Assembly: GCF_000143415.4 (NCBI RefSeq)
Contig: NW_003314454.1
Coordinates: forward strand, 16,096 to 80,095
DNA length: 64,000 nucleotides
Source: Selaginella moellendorffii
Lineage: Eukaryota; Plantae; Lycopodiophyta
Direction: 5' to 3'
The notes below the pieces were generated by a model, which saw only the letters and a list, made by a program, of their open reading frames with translations, made no database searches and had not been told where the DNA came from. This document shows, piece after piece, positions 36,641 through 49,849 of the stretch. A program made the translations under genes and the position numbers. Position 1 is the first letter of the stretch. The number at the start of each line of letters is the position of its first letter.

Positions 36641-38145
36641 GGCATGTGGCCTTACGCCATTCCTAGGTGAGATGATACAAATAACAAGTATAAATTCTTA
36701 GTTGTTCTAGCAAATTTTACTTAAAGTTCAAGGTGAACAAGCCGAATATGAATTCATCGGATTGTTATAACAAATTGTGAGGTGATGGCATGAGGCGATA
36801 CGCCATTTGAGAGTGGTAGCCATTCCTATATGAGGTGAGTGAAATATTTATTAGAAATACCTCATTCAATTGTGCACTTCTAAGTCTTGGCCCACTCAGT
36901 ACTGTTTGCATGTTTTTATTTTAATTCTTTCTCTAAAATGTTATTTAGCATGTGGCTTCATGCCATTGCTCTCCACAATCATGCATTGAATTTTTCTATC
37001 CTTGCATAATACTTCTCCATATATATAGCATGTGCACACATGTGATATGGTTCATTAGGCCTGATATAGTGTGTGAGGTAAAACAAAGATGATGTGACAT
37101 ATGCATTTACCAATCACACGTGCATAAATCTAATAATATGGCGTGTGGCCCATATTAATGGCACATAAACCCATATTGTGGGCTTACGTGCTTTATGTAC
37201 CATCATTCCCTTGCAGCGTGTGTGTTGGTTTCCTTTTATAACACAACAAACTCCATATTTTAGGGTGAAGAGTGTTCTCATGGCAAGCACAAAATCTGTA
37301 AGTGAGGCAGAAAAGGAGACGGAGAAGGAGATAGGTGAAGATGTAGAATATATAAGTCTTCCAAACTCCCCGTACTATACTCCAGGTGATCATTTTTCTG
37401 AACAAACGGCAACATTAACAACTATCGAGAACGCCCCAGTAACGTCAGAGACAACAATCCAAAACAAAACAACTGACCTGGAGAAGGATGATAGTACCGC
37501 TGAGAGTACCAAAAAGGAGGTGTCCACTAGCGCTTAGGCTTATAATGGCGTGTGCCCTCATGCCATTTACTTGATCACCAAATACCTTTTTCCCTTTGCA
37601 CTAGTATATCTTAATACCGGTCTGAGAAATAGAATGGCATGTGCCCTCAGGCCTTTTACTAAATCACCTTTGAAAGAAATGCAAGCTTCTATATCGTAAA
37701 AAAAAGGTACTAGAGAAATTCCTTAATAATATGAATGTTATTTAGTTTCATGAAAATACACTAAAGGTCAAATGAGTTAAATGACTTCTCCAGACTAGCA
37801 ATGCCTCTTGCTACACCTTCACAATTAAATTCGTTAGAAAAAGATAACATTGAATAATATCTAAATGTTCTCACCATTAAGTTATATGTATGGCTAATAG
37901 GAATGACGTTCATCTTGGAAAGCTCACCACACGCTCAATGAACAAACAAATAGTGTGTGTGCACATGCCATCGCTCTTCTTTAACTTCAGATTCGACTTG
38001 TTCACCTTGACAATGAGATTTATTATACAACCAGATGGACTCAGTCTGGACACAAAGTCACCGCGCTAGTCACCATGCCCCAGATATGTCTAGCCCCTGG
38101 ACAAAAAATATATAATTTCACGTCATTTTCAAATACTTGAAAATT

Positions 38146-41100
38146 TGTACCTAGTCCCATTTTACTGAATAAATCCCACTTTAACGAAATAGAGCATTTA
38201 TGGCCAAATAAGGACAAGGTCCTTGGTTGGCTAAGGAAGGAAGTTCCTGATTCAAAATGTTGATTTGAACTATTTAAGATGGTATGGCTTGGTCAAAGTG
38301 ATCAAGTGGGAAGAGCACCTAAGGGAAATAAGTTGTGTCCGTGCAATGGCATAGTGAGTCTGAGGAAAGTAGTCTCTATAAAAGACCCATGGGAGGGTCA
38401 CGAAGTTAGGCCGTGGATAGAGCCCATAGCAGAAGATGCTAAAGAGACGTACTAAGAGCAAACATCCTCCAGACTTGGCAAAGAAGAGTCTTTGCTATGG
38501 AACCGAAGAGATACTTCGAAAATGGAGGTAGCGATCCTGTGTTGCTAGGTGCAACAATCAAGGATAGGAGCAAAGGACTAGTGGCCAAGTTTGGGCCATG
38601 GAATTTAATGGAAGGGATCCAAATGGCAAAGTTAGCCAAGGAACACTAATGTGTTGGATGCTAACGGATTATTGGAAAGCAATGTGTTTCCAAGGATAGG
38701 TTCTCAATTGCTCCGATTTGGCGAAGGGGGAAGCTCCAAGGGATGGAGCGGTAAGGTAGCCAAATGATAGGGCCGTGGACAGCCCTAGCACAAATTACGA
38801 TAACTGGAATTTAGTGCAAAATGTGGCATGAAATCGAAAAGAGGATGATGTTGCCCTCAAGTAGAGAACTTCCTAGGATGGGGAAGTGGAGTTGCACAAT
38901 ATGTGCAATGCAAGGTGTCGGAGATGCCTAGGAAATTGACTTTGAGAAGTCAAAATTAAAAGTTCCAAAGTGCAAGGGTTATACCGATGGAAAATGAGAC
39001 CACTCGAGAATGAGTAGTGGGAGAAGGTGCCTCCAACAAGTTTAGTGAGAACTAAACCAATAAAATGAGAGAACTGCCACAAATGGTCAAATGAGCCTCT
39101 AAGTAGGAGAGGCTATGCTCCTTAGAGGATGGACAAGGCATGGTGAGCCTTTGGTGTCAAACCATAGACAAATATTGGCTGGATGCCAAGGATGGAAATG
39201 GTAAAACGTGTGGGTGTTACTTTATGAAAGGGTTACCGTTTGATGAGGACATTGAACTTTGTCTATGGGTGGTGGAGTTGTGAGACACAAAATCCCTAGG
39301 CCCCAAAGTGGAGCCGAAAGGGTGCCATGTGGTAGTGGCCGAAGCGAAAGCCAAACGAGCGTAACACGTTTGGACTAAAAGCTCTGACTTGAAAAGGTCG
39401 AGAGTGGGAGTGGAACTCTCAATGAAGTGCTCGAGGAACGAGCACGAAGCGAGCCATAAGCGAGGCTCCAAAAAGGGACCCAAAAGGACCAACACATGAC
39501 ATGTGGAAGTGTCTGAGATGGACCTGAGTTGGGGTCCGAAGTGGAGTCCAAAGTGGAGTCCAAGATGGACCCGAGTTGGAATCCAAAGTGGAGTCCGAGA
39601 TGGAGTCCGAGATGGACCCAAGATGGAGTCCGAGATGGACCCGAGATGGAACCCGAGATGGAGTCCGAGCTGGAGTCCGAAGTGGAGTCCAAAATGGACC
39701 CGAGTTGGAGTCCGAAGTGGAGTTCGAGATGGAGTCCGAAATGGACCCAAGATGGAGTCCGAGATGGACCCGAGATGGAGTCCGAGATGGACCCGAGATG
39801 GAGTCCGAGATGGAGTCCGAGGTGGAGTCCGAGGTGGAGTCCGAGGTGGAGTCCAAGGTGGACCCGAGATGGACCCGAAATGGAGTCCGAGATGGAGTCC
39901 GAGATGGAGTCCGAGATGGACCCGAGATGGAGTCCGAGGTGGAGTCCGAAGTGGAGTCCAAGATGGACCCGAGTTGGAGTCCGAAGTGGAGTCCGAGATG
40001 GAGTCCGAAATGGACCCAAGATGGAGTCCGAGATGGACCCGAGATGGAGTCCGAGATGGAGTATGAGGTGGAGTCCGAGGTGGAGTCCAAGGTGGACCCG
40101 AGATGGACCCGAAATGGAGTCCGAGATGGAGTCCGAGATGGAGTCTGAGATGACTCCGAGATGGAGTCCGAGATGGAGTCCGAGATGGACCCGAGATGGA
40201 GTCCGAGATGGACCCGAGATGGAGTCCGAGATGGACCCGAGATGGAGTCCGAAGTGGAGTCCAAGATGGAGTCCGAGATGGACCCAAGATGGAGTCCAAG
40301 ATGGACCCAAGATAGAGTCCGAGATGGACCCGAGATGGAGTCCGAGATGGAGTCCGAGGTGGAGTCCAAAGTGGAGTCCAAGATGGACCCGAGTTGGAGT
40401 CCGAAGTGGAGTCCGAGATGGAGTCCGAAATGGACCCAAGATGGAGTCCGAGATGGACCCGAGATGGAGTCCGAGATGGAGTCCGAGGTGGAGTCCGAGG
40501 TGGACCCAAGATGGACCCAAAATGGAGTCCAAGATGGACCTGAGATGGAGTCCGAAGTCGAGACCGAGACCGAGACCGGGACCAAGACCGAGACCGAGAT
40601 CGGGACCGAGACCAAGACCAAGGACGAGGCCGAGACCGAGCCCGAGCCCGAGTCCGAGTCCGAGTCCGAGTCCGAGTCCAAGTCCGAGTCCGAGTCCGAG
40701 TCCGAGTTCAAGTCTGAGAGGGTGAAAGCCCAAAGCGTTCGTCTCCCAGACCCTGGGGGGTTTGGTGAGCTCCAAAAGTATAGTAGGGGGAGGACTGCAG
40801 TGGAGCCAGTTTGGCCAGGAAAGGCCAGTTTGGCCCAGGAAGGCCAGACCCAGTGTTGGGTGATGAGCTGCCCATTGGGAAGTCCAAAACTAGAGTGAAC
40901 ACGGACCGACAAGCGGGGTAGCTTGGTGAAGTGTTCAAGAGCCGGCTCTAGTTCCCCCGGGAGATCGACTGGCCGATGCTCCCAGTCCAAGTGGGGGTGG
41001 CACTACCTACTTGGATACCTGTTGTGGCTCAATGGAACCTCGTTCTAAGCCCATGGCTAGAGCACCTAAAGGCGAAAGGCAGGGAGAGTACCCATGAGGC

Positions 41101-41711
41101 TTGCGTAAGGCCATGGTGTTCCGAAATGTTGTCCCAAAGTCCCAAATGGTGAAAGGAAAGAGGAGTAGGCCTCTAATGCAGTGACCAGGGATGCGGTCAC
41201 ATGGTGAGGAAGCCCCAAAGGATAGTGGGACTTAGTGGTCGGGCCTGCGGGCCTCGATCCAGTGGCAGTGTTGGCGGACACGGCCATGGATGAAAAGGGA
41301 CTTGGTAGGACTGGAAAAGAGATGTTGGGGAAGGCTATTCCCCATATCTGCGGGCATCCTAGGGATGCTAAGGAGTGGATCTGGGATGATCACTCATGGA
41401 TGGATGGCCCAGTCTTTGAGAGACGGGATTATGATGCAGGTGGCGTTAGACCACCAGTGTGACCAAGGTGAATGGGCATGGCCTAGCGTAACGGGTTGGT
41501 ATGTTGGTGGTACCTTGGGGTGTCGGTCATGGGATCAAACAAGTGGAGCACTTGGACCAAGTGCAAAGGTTGAGTGGCAGGGATGCCATTCTCGGGGCTA
41601 GCAAGCCCCAAGTCCTAACTGGGACTTATGGAGGTTGTGAATGAGACTCCTCCAAGTGGTCGGAGGTGTGGTTAAGTGACTAAAGTAAAATGGAAAATTT
41701 AGTCATTTACA
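38146..41711. mobile_element. Large LTR-like segment of a second family, containing a tandem array
   Basis: TGTA...TACA ends with CCATTTTACT inverted at both ends; shares GGGTGAAAGCCCAAAGCG with family-1 LTRs; diverged inverted copy at ~54930-55580; no TSD. Confidence 0.55.
39505..40712. repeat. Tandem array of 11/12-bp units (GATGGAGTCCGA / GATGGACCCGA) grading into hexamers (GAGACC)n/(GAGTCC)n
   Basis: Directly visible; explains the long low-complexity ORFs on both strands. Confidence 0.97.
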
Positions 41712-43970
41712 TGCACGTTCAAAACCTCCTCCTTCATTCTCGCAATCCCAACAAGATCCCAGAAGAGCTTTAGACTGGTCAAAGACAATCGGTGGTGCAT
41801 CTCAGGTGTTTTGGTTGTTTAAGCTTTGCAAAAAGGGTTGATGAGCATCTCGGTAAATTGGAGAGTAGAAGCAAGTTGGCCTTTCTTGTTGGATACAACT
41901 CCAATTCAAAAGGATATTGCTTGTACCAGCCTGGTAATCATCAAATTTTTGTAAGCACTGACGTTCGTTTTGATGAAGGAACACTCTATAAAGATTGCGT
42001 TCAAGAAGAAGGAAGCTCAAATCAAAACGTGAAATGGAGTTGGGATGGTGTTGAAGACGTTGATGAAGATGACGATGATCTAACAATCATCTATCCCTCA
42101 TCTCCTTCGATAGACGATCATCTAACACCAGTTTCTAGATCTTTTCTTCCTGAAGAATAGGGTGATGCTGCTCATCATGCACAAACTGGAGAAGTTGATA
42201 GGCTCACACGTGATCTACCATTCAATGTGGAGAACTATGGGTGGACATCATTTGGACGATCAAGCAGAGCACCTCATACCAAGCAGTGGTCTTTTGCAGC
42301 AACAAAAATAACTTCTGAACCAGTCAACTTTAAGTAGGCGATTCAAGCTCCTGATGCAAATAAGTGGATTTCAACAATGCAAGATGAGTTGAATTCTCTT
42401 GATGAGAACCATTGGTGGAAGCTCCTGAAGGACTTGAAGTTGTCAGATCACGTTGGGTGTTCAAGCTTCACAAAAATCCTAATGGATCAGTTCAGTGTGA
42501 CTTGTTGCTCAAGGATATTCACAAGTTCTTGGAGTGGATTTTGATGAGACATTCTCACCAATTGTGAAGCAAACAAGCATGAAACAGCCTTCCTTAATGG
42601 GAACTTGAAGGAGGAGATATTTATGCGGCAACCCCCAGGCTTTGAGCTTTTTGGATCACGGCGCTTTGAACTCGTCTGCAAGCTTCACAAGGCTCTTTAT
42701 GGCCTTAAGTAGGCTTCCCGTCAGTGGTATGAATGTTTGGATTCTTTTCTTACGGGTCTTGTTATGCAAAGGTTGAACAACGATGGAAATCTATATCTTC
42801 TTCAGCAGGGTGATCACTCTGTTGTGATGGCAGTTTATGTGGACGACTGTTTGATTGTCAGCAACAATGACACTGTTTTGAAGGATTTGAAGATCAAACT
42901 CATGAACAGGTTTGTGATGAAGGACTTAGGAGCTGTGTGGCAGCTGTTAGGATGGAAGTTGACAGGGATGAAGCAGACAGGACAATCATCCTCACACAGC
43001 ACCAATACATGAAGAAGCTTCTCAACCAGTTCAACATGACAAGTTGCAAATCCGTGGCTACACCAGTCATCACCGACATCAAGTTTACAAGCAAGATGGA
43101 TGATTTATTTGATCAGCCCTTGGTCTACCGATCGCTTGTTGGAGGACTACTCTATCTTGCCAACATGACACGCCCCGACATCTCCTTTGCTATTGGTCTC
43201 CTCAGCCGATACATGCAATCTCCAAGTTGTTATCATTGGCAGATGGCGAAGAGAGTTTTGAGGTATTTGAAAGGAACGGCTGCTCATGGATTGGTTTACA
43301 AATGCTCAGGTTAGTCCAAACTTGTTCTTCAAGCTTATTGCAATGCAGATTGGGCTGGCAACTTGGATACACGACATTCAACCTTCAGAATTTGCTGCAT
43401 AATTGCTGGTGCTCCGGTTTCATGGGGAAGCAAGAAGCAAACAACAGTTGCTCTTTCCAGTGCAGAAGCAGAGTATGTAGCTGCCAGTACATTTCCAGTG
43501 CAGAAGCAGAGTATGTAGCTGCCAGTACAGCAGTAAGGGAGATCATCTGGCTTCGTCGATTACTTGGAGAACTCAACAACAGCAATCAAATGCGACCATT
43601 CTGCATTGCGACAGCAGAAGTGCAATTGCCATGTCAAAGGATCCTGTGTTTCATGCTTGTACAAAACATATAGATGTGCAGCATCACTTCATTCACGAAC
43701 ATGTAGCAGCTGGAGATCTTCACCTGGAATGCATTCCTTCACAGTATCAGTTGGCAGACCTTCTAACCAAGCCACTTTCAGAGTTCACATTCATCAAGCT
43801 GAGGAATCAACTTGGAGTTGCAAGCACCCTCAACTTGAAGGGGGAGTGTAGGAATAATGATGAACACGACAAGCAAGACAATTCATATCAGAAACAGTCT
43901 GAATCGTGATCAGATCTCTGGTGATTTCCGATTTGATTGAAGTTGTATATATATACAGCCATACATGAAT
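41712..43970 (+). mobile_element. Ty1/Copia remnant (post-integrase region, RT, RNase H, PPT, truncated 3' LTR from 43847)
   Basis: HLRCFGC, FLVGY...[71 protein letters not shown]; PPT GAAGGGGGAG 43837-43846; 38-bp tandem duplication at ~43454-43529. Confidence 0.93.
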
Positions 43971-45618
43971 CAAGGTGCGTGTTGAAGTGAAATCCATTGT
44001 TCTTGCTCCGCTTTTCTTTCACCAGCAGCCATCAAACTCCCACAGGCCGTGAGTGCAGCTACAAATGTCGCAGAGTTCATTGTCACCCCGTTCAGATCCA
44101 TCTCACACACCACCTCCGGAGCTCGTTTGTTCTTCCCGTTGTCAACATATCCCTGTACCAAGCACGTCCATGAAACAACGTTCCGCTTCACCATCTTGTC
44201 AAAAACTTCTTGAGCTTCCGCCATACTGCCGCACTTGGCGAGGAGATTCACCACTGCAGTCTCCACGTAAACGTCCCAGCATCTGTTCCTCACCGCCTGA
44301 AGATGAATCCGCTTGCCTTTCTCTAACCAGTGATTCAAGCGTTTCTGCTCGGCTGCCAAAGCAGTGCAGGCTGTGATTGCAGTGACGAAAGTTCTAGCAG
44401 CCGGAGGAGCTTCAGCTTCTTCGGCCATGCCTTCGAACAGTTTCAGTGCGACTTCGCTCTTCCCGTTATCAACGTATCCTTGCATCAGAGCAGTCCAGGA
44501 AACCACGCTGCGGCTGCTCATCTTGTCGAAGACGTCACGGGCCTGCTGCATTTCGCCAAGCTTGGCATACATATCCACCAGCGTGTTCTGGACGAAAATG
44601 TTGTCGCAGCAGCTGCTTGTCACCGCCCGGGAATGAATCGACTTTCCTCTTCTCAGCCAGTTGCAGCTTCCCACAGCGCTCGCTGCTAACGAAGTGCAAG
44701 CAGTCGGTGCAGCAACGAAAGTTCTAGCGTTGGGGATTGTCGAACTCATACCGTCAAAAAGCCTCAGAGCGAGCGCACTCTCGCTGTTGTCAACGTAACC
44801 TTGCAGAAGAATCGTCCATGAAACCGCATCAGGCCTTCTCATCCTCTCAAAAACACTTCTAGCCTTCACCATGGAGCCGCACCTCGCGTAAAGTTCAATC
44901 AGCGCATTCTGCACGAAGGAGTTGTCGGAGCAGTTCTTTTCCAGTGCTTGCCGATAGATTTCTTCTCCCTTTTCCAACCATCTCCTGGAGTTTCCTCTCT
45001 GTTCAACAGCCAAAGCAGCACAGCCCGTCAGTGCTGCAACTAGAGTTCTCGCATCCGCAACGCAGTCAAAGTGTTTCCAACGAAAGAATCGAAACATCTC
45101 CTCTTCAAAGCCTGCGCATGAATGATTTTTCCCTTGTCAAACCATCTGCTGCAGTCACCACCTTGAGCTTCTGCTGCTAAAGAAGCGCAAGCTGAACATA
45201 AGTCCTAGCATCCCGAGCGGCAGAATTTTCCCATACGATCGAAAATCTCCAGAGCCAACTCGCTCTTTCCATTGTCGACATATCCCAGAATGATGCAGTT
45301 CCAACAGACCGTATCGGGAGAGGAAATCCCGTCGAAAATCTTCCGAGCCTCAGCAACGCTTCTACACTTTGAGTACATTTTGATCAAGCCGCTGCACAAA
45401 TACGTATTGGAGGCTAAGCCTTGTTCAACCGCCTTAGCATGAAGCTGTTGCCCTCTTTTCAAATCCCTCGTGTGACTGCATTCCTTCACCGCATCCAGCA
45501 ACCCGCGGACGCTGATCTTCCCAGCGTCCTTGGATGATCCCCAGGACCCGGAATCTGTTCGAGAGCTTGAGGTCTTACCGCTGATTGAAAGAAGAAGAGC
45601 AGCATTACCCTCCTCCAA
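43970..45618 (-). pseudogene. PLS-class pentatricopeptide repeat (PPR) gene, disrupted and 3'-truncated
   Basis: Repeats such as FVQNALIELYARCGSMVKARSVFERM..DAVSWT..QGYVDN...AL.LFDGM..PNARTFV; split into two ORFs (45205-45618, 43970-45097); runs into Copia LTR, no E/DYW domain. Confidence 0.88.
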
Positions 45619-47765
45619 GCACTTAAGCTCGTTGAGCTGTAATCACACTATGAAAGAATCAGAAACAGCGGCTGACAAGAAAGATAGATTCTTCCACTTA
45701 CATTCTGGCCTGTGCACTGCACAGGATCATAACGCCCCGCATTGCATTCCATTTCATTCACGCACTCATGAACCCTAGCCAATTCGTTGAGTTTAGTCCA
45801 GTTTGGAGCTTAGTTTAAAATTTCTACTTCAGTTTAATTTAGATGATATGCTTAAGGATATAAGGTCACTTAAAAGGTAAATTTGCCTTTACAGGACAGT
45901 GGTGGCAGTGTTGCAAGCACGCTGTCCCACCACAATTCTTGCAGCCGTGGCTCAAGGTGAATATTAGATGTGTATGCCTCCAGTCAGTTTCCAGTCCTCC
46001 ATGTAACAGTCCTAAGAAACTCATCATTGCAGAAATTTCGTATCTTGCAGTTTTGAGGTTTCACAATTCATTGGCCCAAGGGATTGTTCTTAACATATCC
46101 CTGGAAGCATGCTGCGGAACTGATGGCATTTTGAAGATCTTTTTCACACTTTTTGATGCCACCATTTAGATGTTGTATGCCTGTTGTGCAGTTGTGTACA
46201 TCAGACTGACAAAGCCCTCAAAAAGCTAAGTCTAACGGAGTCGATGGCACCTCAAGCTGAGTTATGAGGAGTTAGATATGTTAGAGAGAAGTTGTTAAGA
46301 GTCTCCTCTTGATCAACAACTAACCAGGCCCAAGATTCCTCTTATCATGAGTGTTGGAGTCAGATCCTGGCACTTCTGGGACTCCCAGCACAACAATCAA
46401 CTTAGACTCTCCTTCTCTAACCCTTTCTCAACTTACGTAGCAAAAATGTGGGAGCCTTGACTGTGTGGTCTGCAAGAAAGAGGGAGGGGTACCTTCTTTC
46501 AAAAGGCATTTGAACTGGGATTTAGGGAAGATGTGTTTGAGGGGCTGCTGTGGGTGATTTCTAGCAGAGTGGTCATACTCTCCACTCACCCCTGGGCCAG
46601 AGGTGCTACAGCTTAGTCTTCGGACAGAGCTGGTGCCTTGACAAATTTGACTCTGAAATACATTTTTGGGGAGTCCTGACTATTCCAGTATAGGGAGAGA
46701 AATAGTTTGGGTGGAGTTTGGAGCTTCCCAAATTACTGTGTAAGAATAGTTGTAACAGCAGTTCACAGATTCAAGGATCAGGGAGGCCTGATTTCCTTAA
46801 TTTCCTAAACTTCGGAGACTTAGAGAAAATTCTGAACAGTACTTAAAGAAAAAATCTTAAGCTGGAATTTAAGCTCAACTTACTGGTGTGGAATTATGTT
46901 AAGTTTTTTCCTTTGCCTAAGTTTTTTGTCAGGATGAAGTCCTGATTAGTGGAAGCATTTTGAGAATGCAGACGGTTGTGATTTGCTGATCCAATGGTTC
47001 TTATTAAACCATATCTATACTATATACTATTTTGAGCATATTTTACTCGGGCAAGGGCTTGGATGCAAGGGCAAAGCCTTGGTCTTGGTTTGCAAGAGCA
47101 AGCTTGCCCTTGCCTTACCAGAAGGTCAAGGGCAGGGGCAAGCTTCAAGGCAAGGGCAAGCTTCAAGGGCAAGTTTTAAAAGCAAGGGCTTCAAGGGCTT
47201 GTCTTGCCCTTGCCGCTTCTTGCATAGAATGTGCACATCCAGTTCCTCTGCTTGTCAAGAAGCACAGGTACTACAAGGTCGCCAGGATGGCAATAGTCGT
47301 TCCAGATCAAGTCCTCATTCTCCACTTCTAAATAACTGATTTGTGATGTCATTTCTAAACTTTTGTTTTTGGAACATTCCAAGATATTGTCGAAGATTTT
47401 GACAGAATGTTCATTTTGTGGGTTCTTGACGAGCTTTCCAATCTTATCTCCCTGGATCTCAGCTCGAAGCAGCAGCAGATGCACTGGAGCCAAGAGCTGG
47501 AAATCGGGCGTTTCTAGATTATGGTGAGTCAATTGACTGACTGGTTCTGGTTTGCTTCAAAATGCAGGCCTCAATGTTCAAGCTTGAGTATGGTGTTTCT
47601 GCAAATGCAAGTTGTTTGTTGAACTGATTTGGAGATGAGAGATCAAGGGCTTAGATGCAAAAGTGATTAGGGCAGGAACAAGCAAGGCAAGGCAGGAAGC
47701 AGTGCCCTTTCTTGCGCTTCCAAGGGCAAAGTCAGTTTTTTTCTGTCTTCCCCTAACTTGCTCTA

Positions 47766-49681
47766 TGTTAAGCCCTAGGGTTAGCATCATGTTAACCCAC
47801 GTTAAGGTGTTAAATAGAGGGGTTAGTCCCTTAGTAGGGTGATTGCTCGAGCGAAAATGGTAAGCTTTTACAAAATTTTAGGTTCAGGGATTGAGAGGAC
47901 GACGGTGCTAGAGACGGTACTCGGGGGGATCGTTCGGCGATCACAGTTGGGTGGTAGACTGTATGTTTGTCTTGGGGCTTAACAGTGGTATCAGAGACGA
48001 CCTGCAGCACAAAAAGCTTTTCTCCAAAAAGGTAAGCAGTTTTTGTTTTTGCAGTTGAAGCTCAATGGTGGCGAGGTATCGTTCGGCTGAGCATGAGGAG
48101 GATTGTGTTCAGTTGAGTGACTGTGAGGGTGATGCTGATTACATGGACTATGCCGTTCCTGAGGAGGAGGTGCATGCCCTAACCCCGAGTGATATCGTGC
48201 ATGAGTTCAAGGTTATCCATCAGAACATGGATGATCTGGTGAGCGAGTGGCAGGCCTTTAAAGAAAGCCCTAGAAGTCAGCGTAGGTCGCATGGTTCTTG
48301 TAACCTTGAGAAGCTGAAGGTTCCTGAGTTCTCTGGATTAAGACTGCTGCTGAGGCCATGAGTTGGCTGCAGAAGGCATTCCTTTTGCTGGAGGCTAAGG
48401 GATCGAGCGAAGCAGAGTCGTTAGTCGAGCTCGTGTGTGAGCTCTTGGAGGTTAAACGGCAGGTCGAAGAGCTTCTTGCACTTGGTTTTATCTGGCCGAG
48501 TAAGTCTCTTTATGGAGCACCAGTTTTGTTGGTTCGTAAGAAGGATTTGGCTCAGCTCTACATTGAACGAGTTTATCCTTTGTTCGGTATGCCTAAGGAT
48601 GTCATGAGTGGTCGAGATTCCATATCCATCAGTGTGTTCTGGACGAATTTCTCTAAAGGCATTGGAACTCAGTTGAAGATGAGCAGTGGTGATCATCCTC
48701 AAACTGATGGTCAGACTGAGAAAGTCAACCAAGTGTTGGAGGATATGTTACAGTGTACTGTGGGCAACAAACAAAGCCAGTGGGATAAGTCTTTGCCGTT
48801 AGCGGAGTTTGCCTACAACAACAATGTACACAACAGTTCTAAGGTTAGTCCTTTCTATGCTATGTTCTCTAGGCATCCGAGAATGCCTATTGACATTGGA
48901 CGTGAGTTCGTTGATGTTCATACTGGAAGTTTGGTGGCTGAGATGCAAGAAATTCTTACCGTGTGTCGGCAGAACTTATTGAAGGCTCAAGATCGAGCAA
49001 TGAAGGATGCTAATGAACATCGGACATTTAAGGAATTTCATGTGGGAGATAAAGTCTATGTGCGAGTGATCTTCTCAATCAACGATACGAGGGCAACTTC
49101 TTCTCTAAGTACAGGTAAATGTGATAAACTTTCACCCCGTTTTGCAGGTCCTCATGAGATTTCGAAGAGGATCAACTCTGTTGCTTATGAGTTGATTTTG
49201 CCACGTGGATCTCGTGTGCATCCAGTTTTCCACGTCAGTCAGCTGAGGCAAGTGCTGCTTCGTCAGGCGATGTTGGTTCCATCTCTCGAACAAGCTACTG
49301 ACAATAACAATGAGGTTGAGCTTGGCTCAAAACCTCAGGAGATGGAGTGTGGCTCTGTCTCAGCGTCCGACCCTGAAGATACTCCCCGATGATCAAAACA
49401 AGCTCGTATACCTTCACGAAGGTATTCACCGTGAGGCGGTTAAGTTTTGTGTGGCAAAACGAACATCGTGTGGCGATAAGATCCTGGAGATCATCGTGTG
49501 GAGGAATGTTAAACCCTAGGGTTAACATCATGTTAACCCACGTTAAGCTGTGTTAAATAGAGGGGTTGGTACAAAATTTTAGGTTCAGGGATTGAGATGA
49601 CGACTCAGGGGGATCGTTCGGTGATCACGGTTGGGTGGTGAATCGAGCACCTAGACTGTGTGTTTGTCTTGGGGCTTAACA
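47766..49681 (+). mobile_element. Internally deleted chromovirus-like Gypsy element (1.9 kb) with short LTRs
   Basis: LTRs 47766-47984 and 49507-49681 (TGTTAAGCCC...GGGCTTAACA); PBS GTGGTATCAGAG; flanks CTCTA/ATCTA; ORF 48358-49392 fuses RT start (PSKSLYGAPVLLVRKKD) to integrase (HPQTDGQTE, KLSPRFAGP, HPVFHVSQL). Confidence 0.9.
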
Positions 49682-49701
49682 ATCTAGCTTGCAAGCCAGA
49701 G

Positions 49702-49849
49702 TGTGTTAAATAGAGGGGTTGGTACAAAATTTTAGGTTCAGGGATTGAGATGACGACTCAGGGGGATCGTTCGGTGATCACGGTTGGGTGGTGAATCGAG
49801 CACCTAGACTGTGTGTTTGTCTTGGGGCTTAACAATCTAGCTTGCAAGC
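49702..49849 (+). repeat. Tandem duplication of the 3' LTR end plus flank
   Basis: Near-identical to ~49549-49696, including flank ATCTAGCTTGCAAGC. Confidence 0.9.

Noticed and set aside
38124-38154. Helitron-like 3' end (hairpin + CTAG)
   Set aside because: Hairpin is AT-rich and the CTAG falls within the apparent LTR start; no Rep/helicase evidence.
39217-40990. Long ORFs (398-523 aa) on both strands
   Set aside because: Translations of the stop-poor tandem array; not credible proteins.
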